From the IMG/VR virus record IMGVR_UViG_3300034072_002238, positions 1 through 60,534 of that record: 60,534 bases of DNA; one strand, written 5' to 3'. Under the pieces are notes generated by a model that was not told the origin of the DNA, did no database searches, and saw only the letters and a program-made list of their open reading frames with translations. Source of the stretch: a virus (Duplodnaviria > Caudoviricetes). The position numbers and the translations under genes are program-made. Position 1 is the stretch's first letter; the number at the start of each line of letters is the position of its first letter. This document shows positions 8,834 through 18,898 of the stretch, in pieces.

Positions 8834-9934
8834 ATGGCCCCCACGACGATCGCCTATGGCGACCCGAAAGCGCAGAAGAAGTGGTCCGGCTCGCTCATGA
8901 TCGCCACGATGGCGAAGAGCTACTGGGACCGCAAGTTCATCGGCGAGAGCGACGAGTTCTGCATCCAGCGTCTGACTGACCTGGAATCCGACGCCGGCGA
9001 CACCATCACGTTCGACCTTTCCGTTCAGCTGCGCCACAAGCCGACCTACGGCGACCAGCGTCTGCAGGGCAAGGAAGAAAGCCTTCGCTTCTTCTCCGAC
9101 CAGATCCAGATTGACCAGATGCGCCACGGCGTATCCGCAGGCGGCAAGATGAGCCGCAAGCGGACCGTGCACAACATCCGCAAGGTCGCCAAGGATCGCC
9201 TGTCGGATTACTGGTCGAAGTTCGTCGACCAGATGATGTTCATCTACCTGTCCGGTCACCGCGGCATGAACGAGAACTTCATCGAAGACACGGCCTGGGC
9301 CGGGCACGCGAACAACCCCATCCAGGCCCCCGACACGAACCACCTTCTCTGGGGCGGCGACGCCACCAGCAAGGCGACGATCGACAGCTCGGACAAGATG
9401 TCCCGTTCGTTGATCGAGCGTGCCGAGGTCAAGGCCTCGATGATGGCCGCGACTGACCCCAAGCAAGCCCAGATGATGCCGCTGATGATCAATGGCGAAA
9501 GCCATTACGTCTGCGTCATGTCGAAATTCCAGGCCCATGATCTGCGCACCGCAGACGCTCAGGGCTGGCTCGACATCCAGAAGGCAGCGGCGGCATCTGA
9601 AGGCCGGACTAACCCGATTTTCAAGGGCGGCCTCGGCATGCTCAAGAACGTGGTTCTCCACGAGCATGAGGACGTCATCCGGTTTGCCGATTACGGCTCT
9701 GGCACCAACCTGCCCGCCGCGCGCGCACTGTTCCTCGGCCGTCAGGCCGGTGTGGTGGCGTTCGGGGCAACGGGCGGCTTCCGCTTCCAGTGGACGGAAG
9801 AAATGCAGGACCACGGCAACGAACCGGTCATTGCCGGCGGCTTGATCGCGGGCGTCAAGAAAACCCGCTTCAACAACACCGACTTTGGCGTGCTGTCGCT
9901 CGACACCTACGCCAAGGACCCCAACGCAGCCTGA
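8834..9934 (+). CDS. Major capsid protein, N4-gp56 family
   Basis: IQRLTDLESDAGDTITFDL..GDQRLQGKEESL..IDQMRH..GVKKTRFN..DFGV. Confidence 0.88.
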   Translation: MAPTTIAYGDPKAQKKWSGSLMIATMAKSYWDRKFIGESDEFCIQRLTDLESDAGDTITFDLSVQLRHKPTYGDQRLQGKEESLRFFSDQIQIDQMRHGVSAGGKMSRKRTVHNIRKVAKDRLSDYWSKFVDQMMFIYLSGHRGMNENFIEDTAWAGHANNPIQAPDTNHLLWGGDATSKATIDSSDKMSRSLIERAEVKASMMAATDPKQAQMMPLMINGESHYVCVMSKFQAHDLRTADAQGWLDIQKAAAASEGRTNPIFKGGLGMLKNVVLHEHEDVIRFADYGSGTNLPAARALFLGRQAGVVAFGATGGFRFQWTEEMQDHGNEPVIAGGLIAGVKKTRFNNTDFGVLSLDTYAKDPNAA

Positions 9935-10011
9935 CGGCGGCGTTGCCGGCACGGATTGAGACGCGGTCTACGGGTCGCGTTTCCCCTCCCAACTAAGACC
10001 AGGAGCCCCCG

Positions 10012-10467
10012 ATGGCTGTCATTCAGAGCAAATTTGCAAAGGGCGTCATTGGTGCGCCCTATCCGGCATTCGCCGGCCACGTCGTTGCCAAGCGCTTCGA
10101 CCACGCGTTCGCCGCCGCTCCGGCGCTGAACGATATCATCGAACTCGCCCCCCTGCCGGCCGGTGCCCGCGTCATCGATATGATTTTCGATGGTGATGAC
10201 CTCGACAGCGGCACTGCGATGCTTGTCGACGTCGGCATCATGTCCGGTGAATGGGGCGACGAAAGCCAGAGCCGCACCGTAGGCGCTGAGTTTTTCTCCG
10301 CATCCAACCTGCTGCAGGCCGGTGGCGTTGCGCGTCCGACGCTCAAGACCGCGTTCCGCACAACGCCGTCTGGGACCAACCGCTCGATCGGCGTCAAGAT
10401 CGCCACGGCAGCCGGCACCTTCGTCGCCGGTTCGATCGGGCTGACCGTCCTCTACGCGACGGACTGA
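10012..10467 (+). CDS. capsid decoration/cement-like protein
   Basis: Follows MCP; LPAGARVID..DDLDSG motif. Confidence 0.6.
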   Translation: MAVIQSKFAKGVIGAPYPAFAGHVVAKRFDHAFAAAPALNDIIELAPLPAGARVIDMIFDGDDLDSGTAMLVDVGIMSGEWGDESQSRTVGAEFFSASNLLQAGGVARPTLKTAFRTTPSGTNRSIGVKIATAAGTFVAGSIGLTVLYATD

Positions 10468-10488
10468 CCCCGCTTCACATGTTGAAGA

Positions 10489-10524
10489 CAGGGGGCCGAT
10501 TCTCGCGCCCCCTGCTTTTGTTTT
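10489..10524 (+). terminator. Rho-independent terminator after capsid genes
   Basis: CAGGGGGC/GCCCCCTG stem followed by CTTTTGTTTT. Confidence 0.65.
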
Positions 10525-10545
10525 CTGGCAAGCAAGGACACTGTC

Positions 10546-11154
10546 ATGGCTCTCATCCAATGCCTGCTCGGCTCCGCCACTCCGGTCCTCAGCAGCACTA
10601 CATACGCTTTTGAACGGGATGATCACGGTCGCTTCGTGTGCGAGGTCCATGACCTGGTGCATATCCAGTGCCTGCTTTCCCGCGACGACATCTATCGCAT
10701 CGCTGCCGCAGTGGTTCCCGAACCGGTCGAATCTCATATCGAGACGCTTCTCGGTTCCAGCATCCTTCCCTCCCTTGTCGAGATTGCCGATGGCGTCTCT
10801 GTCCAGATCGGCGCGGTGGTCGCCAGGGCACACACTGAGAGCGGCCTGACCATCGCCGAGTGGAACGCTCAGGCGGCTGATGATCGTGAGGCCGCCCTGG
10901 AGCTGACCGTCGAAGCCATGAAGGCCGAACACGCACCGAAGCCGCAGGACCCGGCTCAGCCCGAGCCCGAGCCTGCACCAGCGTCTGAGCCGGACGCTGC
11001 ACAGCCCGACGCGTCCGAGGCCGTCGATCCCGCCGAGGAAGACACCGACGGCGATCAGGACGGCCCGACCCTCGACGCCGTGGTGGCCGGCATCGTGACT
11101 GAAGCCGATGTCGCTCCGGCCCCCAAGCCGCGTCGCGGCCGTCGCAGCCGGTAA
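10546..11154 (+). CDS. hypothetical protein with acidic Pro-rich tail
   Basis: 202 aa in virion operon. Confidence 0.6.
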   Translation: MALIQCLLGSATPVLSSTTYAFERDDHGRFVCEVHDLVHIQCLLSRDDIYRIAAAVVPEPVESHIETLLGSSILPSLVEIADGVSVQIGAVVARAHTESGLTIAEWNAQAADDREAALELTVEAMKAEHAPKPQDPAQPEPEPAPASEPDAAQPDASEAVDPAEEDTDGDQDGPTLDAVVAGIVTEADVAPAPKPRRGRRSR

Positions 11155-11160
11155 GCCCCG

Positions 11161-11847
11161 ATGCTGGCGAGCAAGGTCATCACCGATGCGTCGGTCATCC
11201 TGATCGACACCGAGTTAGTCCGCTGGCCCGCCAGAGAGCTTGCCGGCTGGCTCGACCACGGCGTGCTCTCCATCATCACGGTAAAACCCTCCGCATCGAG
11301 CGAGACCATCGCGCTCAGCTTGGCGCGCGGCACGAAACAGGCTTTGCCCGCAGACCAGCGCATTCGCCAGCTGCTCGACCTCACGCGCAACTTGGGCGGA
11401 TCAAACGGCGCAGCTGGTCGGGCAATCCGCTCCGTGTCGCGCGCCGAGCTCGACGGCAACCAGCCCAACTGGCACGACCCGCGATATGTGCCGTTCAAGA
11501 AGGAAGTGCGCCAGTTCGTGTTTGACGAGGCTCTTCCGCGCGAATTCTACGTCGTGCCGGGGAATGACGGCACCGGCTCCGTCGAAGCCGCGGTTGCTAC
11601 GCTGCCAGAACGCGTCGTCGATCGCGTCACGGCCAACGTCGACCTGGCCGAAAGCTATGCGATCGAGGTTGGGATCGGCGACGAATACGAGCCGGCGCTG
11701 CTCGATTATGTGCTCTATCGCGCCTTCTCCAAGGAGGATCCGGCAGCGGCTCCGGCAAGAGCGGTGACGCACTATCAGGCCTTTGCCACCGCTATCGGCC
11801 TGCAGAGCCAGGTCGAGACCGCGACCAGCCCTGGGAGAAAGCGCTGA
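11161..11847 (+). CDS. head-tail adaptor (DUF6682-like)
   Basis: VRWP..EL..W...GTKQALP...ALLDYVLYRAFSKE. Confidence 0.7.
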   Translation: MLASKVITDASVILIDTELVRWPARELAGWLDHGVLSIITVKPSASSETIALSLARGTKQALPADQRIRQLLDLTRNLGGSNGAAGRAIRSVSRAELDGNQPNWHDPRYVPFKKEVRQFVFDEALPREFYVVPGNDGTGSVEAAVATLPERVVDRVTANVDLAESYAIEVGIGDEYEPALLDYVLYRAFSKEDPAAAPARAVTHYQAFATAIGLQSQVETATSPGRKR

Positions 11848-12470
11848 TGGTCGAGATGGTCGACATCGATGACTTCCTGCCCGAGGTGCTGCGGTATGCG
11901 CCGAATGCCAGCGATTTCACGGCTCACCGCTTCATCATCCAGGCGGGCCGGGATCTGTGCCAGCGCTGCAGGCTGTGGCGCGAGAACGACAGCGTCGCCA
12001 TCACCGCACCGGAAATGCAGGGGCTCTGCACCATAGCCGACGCGGCTATCGTTGAGATCCAGTCCGCGACGCTCGACGGGCGTCAGCTTGAACCCGTGAG
12101 CCCCGAATGGCTTGACGAAAAGCTGCCCAACTGGGCCAACGACGAAACCGAAGGCACGGCGCTCTATGTGACGCAGACCACACCCAACACGGTGTCTGTC
12201 GTGCCTCGTAGCCCCGGCACCTTGCTCGCACGCCTGGTCCTGAAACCGGCGCGCAACGCTACCAGCCTGCCGGCACTTCTTCTTGAAGACTACAGCGAGG
12301 AGATCGGCCGCGGGGCCGCGGGGCGCATCTTGACGGACCCAAACTCCGACAATCCGCAGCTCGGTCTTGACCACCGCAACTGGTTCGAGAAGCGCCTCGA
12401 CGTGATCGCGCTGCGCATCGCTCGCGGGCAGCAGAACGCGCCGCTGCGCACCAAAGGAGCATTTCTGTAA
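11847..12470 (+). CDS. virion adaptor/tail protein
   Basis: FLPEVLRYAP..C..LW..LKP pattern; synteny. Confidence 0.6.
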   Translation: MVEMVDIDDFLPEVLRYAPNASDFTAHRFIIQAGRDLCQRCRLWRENDSVAITAPEMQGLCTIADAAIVEIQSATLDGRQLEPVSPEWLDEKLPNWANDETEGTALYVTQTTPNTVSVVPRSPGTLLARLVLKPARNATSLPALLLEDYSEEIGRGAAGRILTDPNSDNPQLGLDHRNWFEKRLDVIALRIARGQQNAPLRTKGAFL

Positions 12471-12886
12471 TGACGACGAGCACCTATGCCGGCAATGCCA
12501 TCCTGAACCTCTTCCTGCGTGGCGTCGCGGTCACCCCACCGACGGAGGTCTATATCTCTCTTCATACCGGTGACCCGGGGGCCAATGGCGCCAATGAGGT
12601 GACGACGGGGGCTTGGCCGTCCTACGCGCGGCAGGACGCGGCGCAGGGCGGCGCAATTGCTACGGGGTTTTCAGAGGCCACTGCCAAGGCGACCACCAAC
12701 CTGGAACAGTTGCTCTATGCCGCGAACGACGGCGCGTCCGAGGTGGTCGTGACACACTTCGGCATCTGGGACGCGGCAACGGGTGGCAACTTCATCCACG
12801 GTGACCCGCTCGACGCTCCCAAGACCTACTTCCCCTCTGACGAAGGCGTCATTCACGCCGGCGCACTCGACGTTGAGGTGACCTGA
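12470..12886 (+). CDS. tail fibre-associated structural protein
   Basis: YISLHTGDPG..YARQ..THFGIWDAATGGN. Confidence 0.7.
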   Translation: MTTSTYAGNAILNLFLRGVAVTPPTEVYISLHTGDPGANGANEVTTGAWPSYARQDAAQGGAIATGFSEATAKATTNLEQLLYAANDGASEVVVTHFGIWDAATGGNFIHGDPLDAPKTYFPSDEGVIHAGALDVEVT

Positions 12887-13398
12887 TGCTGGGTTATGGC
12901 GCGCTCAACGGAACGACGCTGAACAGCCTGCCGATCAACAGCGGCACGTGGCTCATGCAGATGGTTGCGGTCTCGTCGCTGTCCGTCCCATCGGGTCTGG
13001 CCCTGACGCGGCGCGTCGGACCAGTTTCAACGTCTTCCATCGAAGTGGCGGCCTTGGCCAACGTGAGACGACGTGCTGCAGCGGTCGCGTCTAGCGCTGT
13101 TTATGTCGATGCGACTGCTGCCCTGGTGCGCCGCGCCGCGCCGCGAGCGCTGGGCCGGGTGCAGGTCGATGGAGCGCTGCGGCTCACGCGCCGCGTCACC
13201 CACAGCCCTCTTGGCGTGGTGATCATCATCGGCAGAGGCAAGGCCGCGTGGCGAAGCCTTCGCCCGACCGAGCCTAGCCGAACACTGAGGTTCACCGAGA
13301 TTCGTCGCGTAGCCATCAATGATGACGATCGCGGCGTATCCATCGCGCGGGAACCCCGCCAGGTCCACGTGTCCCGAGGCAGGGAGAGCGGCCAATGA
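12886..13398 (+). CDS. virion structural protein
   Basis: ALNGTTLN N-terminal motif; coupled. Confidence 0.55.
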   Translation: MLGYGALNGTTLNSLPINSGTWLMQMVAVSSLSVPSGLALTRRVGPVSTSSIEVAALANVRRRAAAVASSAVYVDATAALVRRAAPRALGRVQVDGALRLTRRVTHSPLGVVIIIGRGKAAWRSLRPTEPSRTLRFTEIRRVAINDDDRGVSIAREPRQVHVSRGRESGQ

Positions 13399-13673
13399 TT
13401 TGTGATGTCATCACCAAAGTGCCGGTCGACGTGCTCGACTATGATTTCGACTTCGCCCGTTGGCTGCCCGCGGATGACCGCATTGTCGACAGCGTAGCTG
13501 AGATCAGTTCCAGCACGGCGGTGGTCGACAAGATCGACCAGGCCGACGCGGTGGCGAGGGTCTGGATCTCTGGCGGTGACGTTGGTGACGCCGGAACAGT
13601 GACGGTGACCATCACCACATTGGGGGGGCGCACCAAGCAGGTGCAGGCCACCCTGAAAATCAAGGAGGCCTGA
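13395..13673 (+). CDS. small tail-fibre adaptor-like protein
   Basis: K.P.DVLDYDFDF..WL..VWISGG..T..GR. Confidence 0.65.
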   Translation: MICDVITKVPVDVLDYDFDFARWLPADDRIVDSVAEISSSTAVVDKIDQADAVARVWISGGDVGDAGTVTVTITTLGGRTKQVQATLKIKEA

Positions 13674-13674
13674 C

Positions 13675-14640
13675 ATGGTGGTGAAACTTTCAAACAACGC
13701 GTCTTCGACCTTGGCCGGCTCGATCAACAGCAGCGTCACGTCCCTGTCGGTGGCTTCCGGTGACGCCGCGAAATTCCCCGCCCTAGGCGCGGGAGAATGG
13801 TTCCCTCTGACCGTCGTGGATACGGCAGGCAACATGGAGATCATGAGGGTGACGGCTCGCGCCGGCGCGGCTCTGACGGTTGTTCGTGGGCAAGAAGGCA
13901 CAACGGCAAAGAGCTTTTCTGCCGGATCGAAGTGTGATCTTCGACTGACTGCCGCGGCGCAAGTCGACCATGAACATGCAATGTCCGCAATAGTCGGTTT
14001 GGAGGATGCGCTGGCGGGCAAGGCCGACGATTCGGAAATCACCGCGCTGTATGAAGCACTCGATGACCTCGAACTTTCAGTTGACACAGCCTTGGAGGGC
14101 AAGGCTGACTTGCTCAGTGGCGGCGCAAGCGACAATACGTTTTCCGACACATCGGAACTCGTATTCCTCGACGGCACGACGCAAAAGCGCGGGACGCTCC
14201 TTGGTCTCATCAACTCGATCTTCGATGGCACGCGAGCGATTGCGAACGGAGTGTTTCTCGCGGCATCGTTCGCATGGCAGAACGCGGGCGGCTTCAGGCT
14301 CACGCACGACATCACGACGCTGACTGACCATCGGGTTGCGAACTGGCCAAACGGCCCTGTGACTATCCCGACAGGGACGTTGATCACCGGGGCTGATGTT
14401 GCGCCGAATGTCGCTGCAATTACAGCCGGTGGAATCGGCTCAACTGTTCTCGCTTACCGCCTTTCGACGTCGGGTGCTGTTCTTTTTGGCGCGACGCAGC
14501 CTGGTAGCAATCTGCGACCATGCAACACGTCATCGGCGGGCGATCCAACAACCACAAGCCTCACGGGAACATGGATGTGCCTCGGCACGGCGTTGTCTGG
14601 AAGTGGTGTCGCAACTCATTGGCGCAAGGTGGCAGCATGA
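13675..14640 (+). CDS. tail fibre protein
   Basis: NNASSTLA..EIMRVT..VRGQEGT..RLTA anchor domain; C-terminal GTWMCLG. Confidence 0.7.
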   Translation: MVVKLSNNASSTLAGSINSSVTSLSVASGDAAKFPALGAGEWFPLTVVDTAGNMEIMRVTARAGAALTVVRGQEGTTAKSFSAGSKCDLRLTAAAQVDHEHAMSAIVGLEDALAGKADDSEITALYEALDDLELSVDTALEGKADLLSGGASDNTFSDTSELVFLDGTTQKRGTLLGLINSIFDGTRAIANGVFLAASFAWQNAGGFRLTHDITTLTDHRVANWPNGPVTIPTGTLITGADVAPNVAAITAGGIGSTVLAYRLSTSGAVLFGATQPGSNLRPCNTSSAGDPTTTSLTGTWMCLGTALSGSGVATHWRKVAA

Positions 14641-15188
14641 ACTACGAATTCAGAAGCCCGGTCTACTCGTCAAACGACGGGCAACAGATCGATATGGAGA
14701 TCAATCACCCCTCGCTTGGGTGGATACCCTACACGGCTCGGCCTGATGCGACGGAGCAACGCAACCGGGATATGTACGCGGCCGCATTGCTTGGTGAGGT
14801 TGGGGAATATGGCGAGCCCGAGCCGCCCGACAGCTCCGCCGTCAACAAGGAACGCGACCGGCGGATCGCGGCCGGCACCACCATCAGTGTGTCCGGCTAC
14901 GGGGTCATCCCCATGACCGGGACGGACCGCGACATGACGCTTATCACAGCGATGCTGATCCGCGCGCGGGACGCTCACGCGGACGGAGCCGCATCTGCAA
15001 GCATGGTTCTTCGGGATCGCGACAACGTCATCCACAACCTCACCCCCCTGCAGATGCTTGAGCTGACGTCGAAAGGGATGCAATGGGTGGAGGATACCAT
15101 GACGGTAAGTTGGGCCATGAAAGACGGTACGGCACCCTTCGAAGGGGGCATCCCACTCGACTTTACGGATGATGGCTACTGGCCTTGA
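14637..15188 (+). CDS. tail fibre assembly/DUF4376-like protein
   Basis: IDMEINHPSLGWIPYTA..ERDRRI..RDRDN; ATGA overlap. Confidence 0.6.
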   Translation: MNYEFRSPVYSSNDGQQIDMEINHPSLGWIPYTARPDATEQRNRDMYAAALLGEVGEYGEPEPPDSSAVNKERDRRIAAGTTISVSGYGVIPMTGTDRDMTLITAMLIRARDAHADGAASASMVLRDRDNVIHNLTPLQMLELTSKGMQWVEDTMTVSWAMKDGTAPFEGGIPLDFTDDGYWP

Positions 15189-15197
15189 GGTGTTGTA

Positions 15198-16943
15198 ATG
15201 GCCGTCATCAAGATCTCCGCATTTGCCGGTGAACGGCCGTTGATCAGTCCGCGACTGTTGCCTGATACCGCGGCCACGGCTGCGTCAAATCTGCGCCTCG
15301 ACGACGGCGCGCTGACACCCACAAACCGGTCCGCACTCACCCTCTTTGCGGCGGACAACGCCAATGACCTGACGATCTACCGTCACGGATCGGACTGGCT
15401 GTCATGGGGAGGTGTGGTGCATGCGGTTCCAGGGCCCGTCGCCGAAGATCGTCTGTATTTCACCGGGGACGGCGTTCCGAAGATGCGCGCCGCGGGTAGC
15501 GAATATCCGTTGGCGCTGGCCCCTCCAACTGCAGCGCCTACGGCAACGCCCAGCGGCACCGGTTCGGGTGATATCCAGAGCCGCACTTATGTGTGGACCT
15601 GGGTTACCGCGTTCGGTGAGGAATCGGCACCGTCTCCCACGTCCGCGATCATCGATTGGCAGCCGGGGCAGTCCGTCACCCTGAGTGGGTTTGAAAGCAC
15701 ACCGGCGGGCCGAAACATCACGAAGCAGCGCATCTATCGCTCTCAGACCGGGTCGAGCGGCACATACCTGTATTTCATTGCGGAGCGTGATGCGACCGAC
15801 GCAGATTTCGCCGATACGGTCGCTGTCGACGCTTTCAATGAAGCCCTGCCTTCGGCGGGATGGACCCCGCCACCTGACACCCTCGCGGGCTTGATCAGCA
15901 TGCCAAACGGTATGATGGCGGCATTCACGGGCCGAGAGGTCTGGTTCTCGGAACCATACCGGCCCCATGCCTGGCCCGAACGCTACACCATGACGTGTGA
16001 CGCCGAGGTGGTGGGATTGGTGTCTCTCGGCTCCGTGCTGATCGTCATGACGAAGGCGAACCCGTACCTCATGGCTGGCTCTCACCCCGATTCCATGCAG
16101 AGCCAGAAACTCGAGGCGAACCTGCCTTGCATCAATGCGCGTGGGATCGTGGATCTGGGATTCGTGGCCTGTTACCCGACCAAGGATGGTCTGGTAACCG
16201 TTGGTGCGGATGGGGCGGTCAATCTCGCAACGCGTCAACTGTTCAGCCGAGAGGACTGGCTTCGTTTTTCCCCGTCAACGATCATTGGTGCCCAGAGTGC
16301 TGGGAGCTATGTCATGTTCTATGATCGCACCCTGCCAGACGGAGCCAGGCTTGCCGGATCTCTGCTGATCAACGTCTCGGGCGGCGAATTCCTCGTGCGA
16401 GCCGACGAGATTGCGTCGGCCGCTTTCTATGACACCGCCGACGCCTGCCTCTATTTCAAGAGATCTGGTGCGACAAACATCTATCGCTTCGACGATCCGA
16501 ACCAACCCCCGTCAACCTACTACTGGCGATCAAAAGAATTCTGGGCTACGCGGCCCGAGACTTTCGGCGCTCTTCTGGTCGACCTTGGGCAGGGCGGCAC
16601 GGTGTTTTCACCCGAGCAGATCGCTGTAGAACAAGCAGAGATCATCGCGGCCAATGAGGAGATCATTGCCGATGACGCGCTGATGTCAGAGATGAACGCC
16701 GCACCTATGAACGTTCTCCCCCTGGCCGGGGACACGCTGACATCTTTCCCGGATTACGGCTCGCTCACCATCAACGTCTACGGCGACCGCAAGCTTGTGC
16801 GCAGCGTGACGCGGGCCGGGGTGGTCGACAGATTGCCGGCGGGTTTCAAGGCGCGCCTCTGGGAAGTGTCGGTGTCCTCGAACCTGCAGGTAACCCAGAT
16901 CATGATGGCAGGCACTGTAGATGAGCTGAGGAACAGCCAGTGA
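15198..16943 (+). CDS. tail nozzle / DNA-stabilisation protein
   Basis: FAGE.P..PRLLP; RTYVWTWVTAFGEESAPS; MPNG; FSEPYRPHAWP; WRSKEF. Confidence 0.75.
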   Translation: MAVIKISAFAGERPLISPRLLPDTAATAASNLRLDDGALTPTNRSALTLFAADNANDLTIYRHGSDWLSWGGVVHAVPGPVAEDRLYFTGDGVPKMRAAGSEYPLALAPPTAAPTATPSGTGSGDIQSRTYVWTWVTAFGEESAPSPTSAIIDWQPGQSVTLSGFESTPAGRNITKQRIYRSQTGSSGTYLYFIAERDATDADFADTVAVDAFNEALPSAGWTPPPDTLAGLISMPNGMMAAFTGREVWFSEPYRPHAWPERYTMTCDAEVVGLVSLGSVLIVMTKANPYLMAGSHPDSMQSQKLEANLPCINARGIVDLGFVACYPTKDGLVTVGADGAVNLATRQLFSREDWLRFSPSTIIGAQSAGSYVMFYDRTLPDGARLAGSLLINVSGGEFLVRADEIASAAFYDTADACLYFKRSGATNIYRFDDPNQPPSTYYWRSKEFWATRPETFGALLVDLGQGGTVFSPEQIAVEQAEIIAANEEIIADDALMSEMNAAPMNVLPLAGDTLTSFPDYGSLTINVYGDRKLVRSVTRAGVVDRLPAGFKARLWEVSVSSNLQVTQIMMAGTVDELRNSQ

Positions 16944-17194
16944 ACCCGGTCTACGACAACCGCATGCATGAAAAGCTTGAGACACTGGACGGCTCGCGCA
17001 GCGGCCGCCGCGATAACGCCGCTGTCCGGTTCTCCGATCTCGATCAGCTCCTGCAGCTCGCCGAGGTGAAAACGAAGAAGCTCACATCCCCCCCCACAGA
17101 AGCGGACTTCAACTCGTTGCTCGACGACCTCACGGCGATCTCCAATGCGGTCCGATCGGTTGCCTCTGATCTGCGGAAGAGACGGAGCCGCTGA
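16940..17194 (+). CDS. small virion protein
   Basis: LETLDG.R..AAVRF; coupled. Confidence 0.55.
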   Translation: MNPVYDNRMHEKLETLDGSRSGRRDNAAVRFSDLDQLLQLAEVKTKKLTSPPTEADFNSLLDDLTAISNAVRSVASDLRKRRSR

Positions 17195-17646
17195 TGTTCG
17201 CTGTGGTTTATGATTGCCAGGCTGAACTGATCGCGTGGGCCGAGGCCCGCATTCCCGACAATCGGTTCCGTAATGACGCGAAAGCGATCGGCGTGACACG
17301 AAACGGCGACATCTGTGGCGTTGCCGTGTTCGACAATTTTTCCGTGGGCAGTTGCTGCGTCTCGGTCGCGTCCGACGGGTCACGGCGCTGGATGACACGC
17401 GAGTTCCTGATCCGCGTTTTTGCCTATCCATTCCTGCAGCTCGGCTATCGCCGGTTGACCTGTTTCATCGCCGCATCGAACCACGATAGCATTCGACTTT
17501 GCGAACACCTGGGGTGGTCCCGCGAAGGCGTTCTTCGTCGAGGCGCGCCCGACGGCGACGACATGTTACTTCTCGGCCTGCTGCGCGAAGAGTGCCGCTA
17601 CCTGCCGGAACGCATGACTGGCAAAGTGCACGGCGCTTCGCTATAA
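17194..17646 (+). CDS. GNAT-fold protein (DUF2824/T7 gp13-like position)
   Basis: FAYPFLQLG..RLT..N..S..L.EHLG..EG.LR. Confidence 0.8.
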   Translation: MFAVVYDCQAELIAWAEARIPDNRFRNDAKAIGVTRNGDICGVAVFDNFSVGSCCVSVASDGSRRWMTREFLIRVFAYPFLQLGYRRLTCFIAASNHDSIRLCEHLGWSREGVLRRGAPDGDDMLLLGLLREECRYLPERMTGKVHGASL

Positions 17647-17695
17647 CTGGGCATCTCCCGCGCATGAGTGCGGCTCCAATCTCAAGGAGTTGCAC
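17619..17695 (+). promoter_or_regulatory. Internal promoter and late-leader switch upstream of ejection gene
   Basis: TGGCAA-N17-TATAAC; TCCCGCGCATGAGTGCGGC (17656-17674) identical to 31614-31596. Confidence 0.65.
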
Positions 17696-18898
17696 ATGGG
17701 TAAGGGCAGCACAGACGCTCCCGCTCCGGATCCGAACATTGGCAAGGCCGCTCTCAAGCAGGCCGAGACGGGTGAACAGTGGCTGTCCTTTGCAAAGGAC
17801 GCTTTTGCCGTCTCCCAGGACCGCCAGAAAGAACTCGACGCGCTAACCACGCGGGTGACCGAGCAACAGCTCGGCTTGGCAACTGATCAGGCGGATTGGT
17901 CGCGCGAGGATCGACAGCGATACGAAGATGTCTATCGGCCGATCGAAGACAAATACATCGAGGAGGCGACAAACTATGCCTCGCCCGAGCGACAGGCGCA
18001 GGCCGCTGCGGAAGCCCGGAGCGATGTGCAGACGGCTGCCTCGGGTGCCCGCGCCGCGACCGAGCGCAACAATGCCGCGATGGGCATTGATCCTCGCTCC
18101 GGCCGTGCGGCTGGCGTCCAGGCGACATCCGACATGGGCATCGCGCTTGCAGAGGCCGGCGCAGCGAACAATGCCCGCACGGCGGTTCGGGACAAGGGTC
18201 TGGCTCTGACGGCCGACGTCGCTAACATGGGTCGCGGCGCCACATCGGCGGCAGCGGCCGGCGCAGCGGGCAGTGTCGGTGCGAGCGGGACTGCTCTTTC
18301 TGGCGCCCAGGCCACGAACGCCCAGGCCATGGCGGCACCTTCGATCGTTTCCCAGGGCTTTAGTGGTGCGATGCAGGGCTATGCCGGCCAAGCCTCTACA
18401 TTGAACCAACAGTACGGAATCCAGAGCCAGAACTGGGCAACTCAGCAACAGATGAATGCGCAAAGCGCATCTGGTTTCGGCTCGTTCCTCGGTGGCATTG
18501 CGGGGCTTTTCGCCACGTCAGACGAGGATCTGAAGGAAGAGAAGGAGCCGCTTGAAGAAGGCGCCTCGCTTGAAGCGCTCGAAAACATGCGGGTAGAAAG
18601 CTGGAAGTACAAACCCGGCGTCGAGGACGAGGGCGAGCACATCGGCACCTATGCCCAGGATTTCCAGCGCGAAACTGGGACGGGCGATGGCCACAGAATA
18701 GCACTCCAAGATGCAATCGGCGTCACCATGGGCGCTGTCAAAGACCTCAACGCAAAGGTCGACCGGATATCCTCCGCGATCGGGCTCGGCGATGATGTCA
18801 TGCCGCCGATCTCCAACGTCCGTCGCCCACCAGTCAATAGCACCGAACGCCGCACTGCGCCGATGCGCGACCAGGAAGCAAACAGGGAGGCCGCATAA
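17696..18898 (+). CDS. putative DNA-ejection/pilot protein with C-terminal S74 chaperone-autoprocessing domain
   Basis: MGKGS..APAPDP, Ala/Gly-rich helical body; SDEDLKE..WKYK..HIGTYAQD. Confidence 0.7.
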   Translation: MGKGSTDAPAPDPNIGKAALKQAETGEQWLSFAKDAFAVSQDRQKELDALTTRVTEQQLGLATDQADWSREDRQRYEDVYRPIEDKYIEEATNYASPERQAQAAAEARSDVQTAASGARAATERNNAAMGIDPRSGRAAGVQATSDMGIALAEAGAANNARTAVRDKGLALTADVANMGRGATSAAAAGAAGSVGASGTALSGAQATNAQAMAAPSIVSQGFSGAMQGYAGQASTLNQQYGIQSQNWATQQQMNAQSASGFGSFLGGIAGLFATSDEDLKEEKEPLEEGASLEALENMRVESWKYKPGVEDEGEHIGTYAQDFQRETGTGDGHRIALQDAIGVTMGAVKDLNAKVDRISSAIGLGDDVMPPISNVRRPPVNSTERRTAPMRDQEANREAA

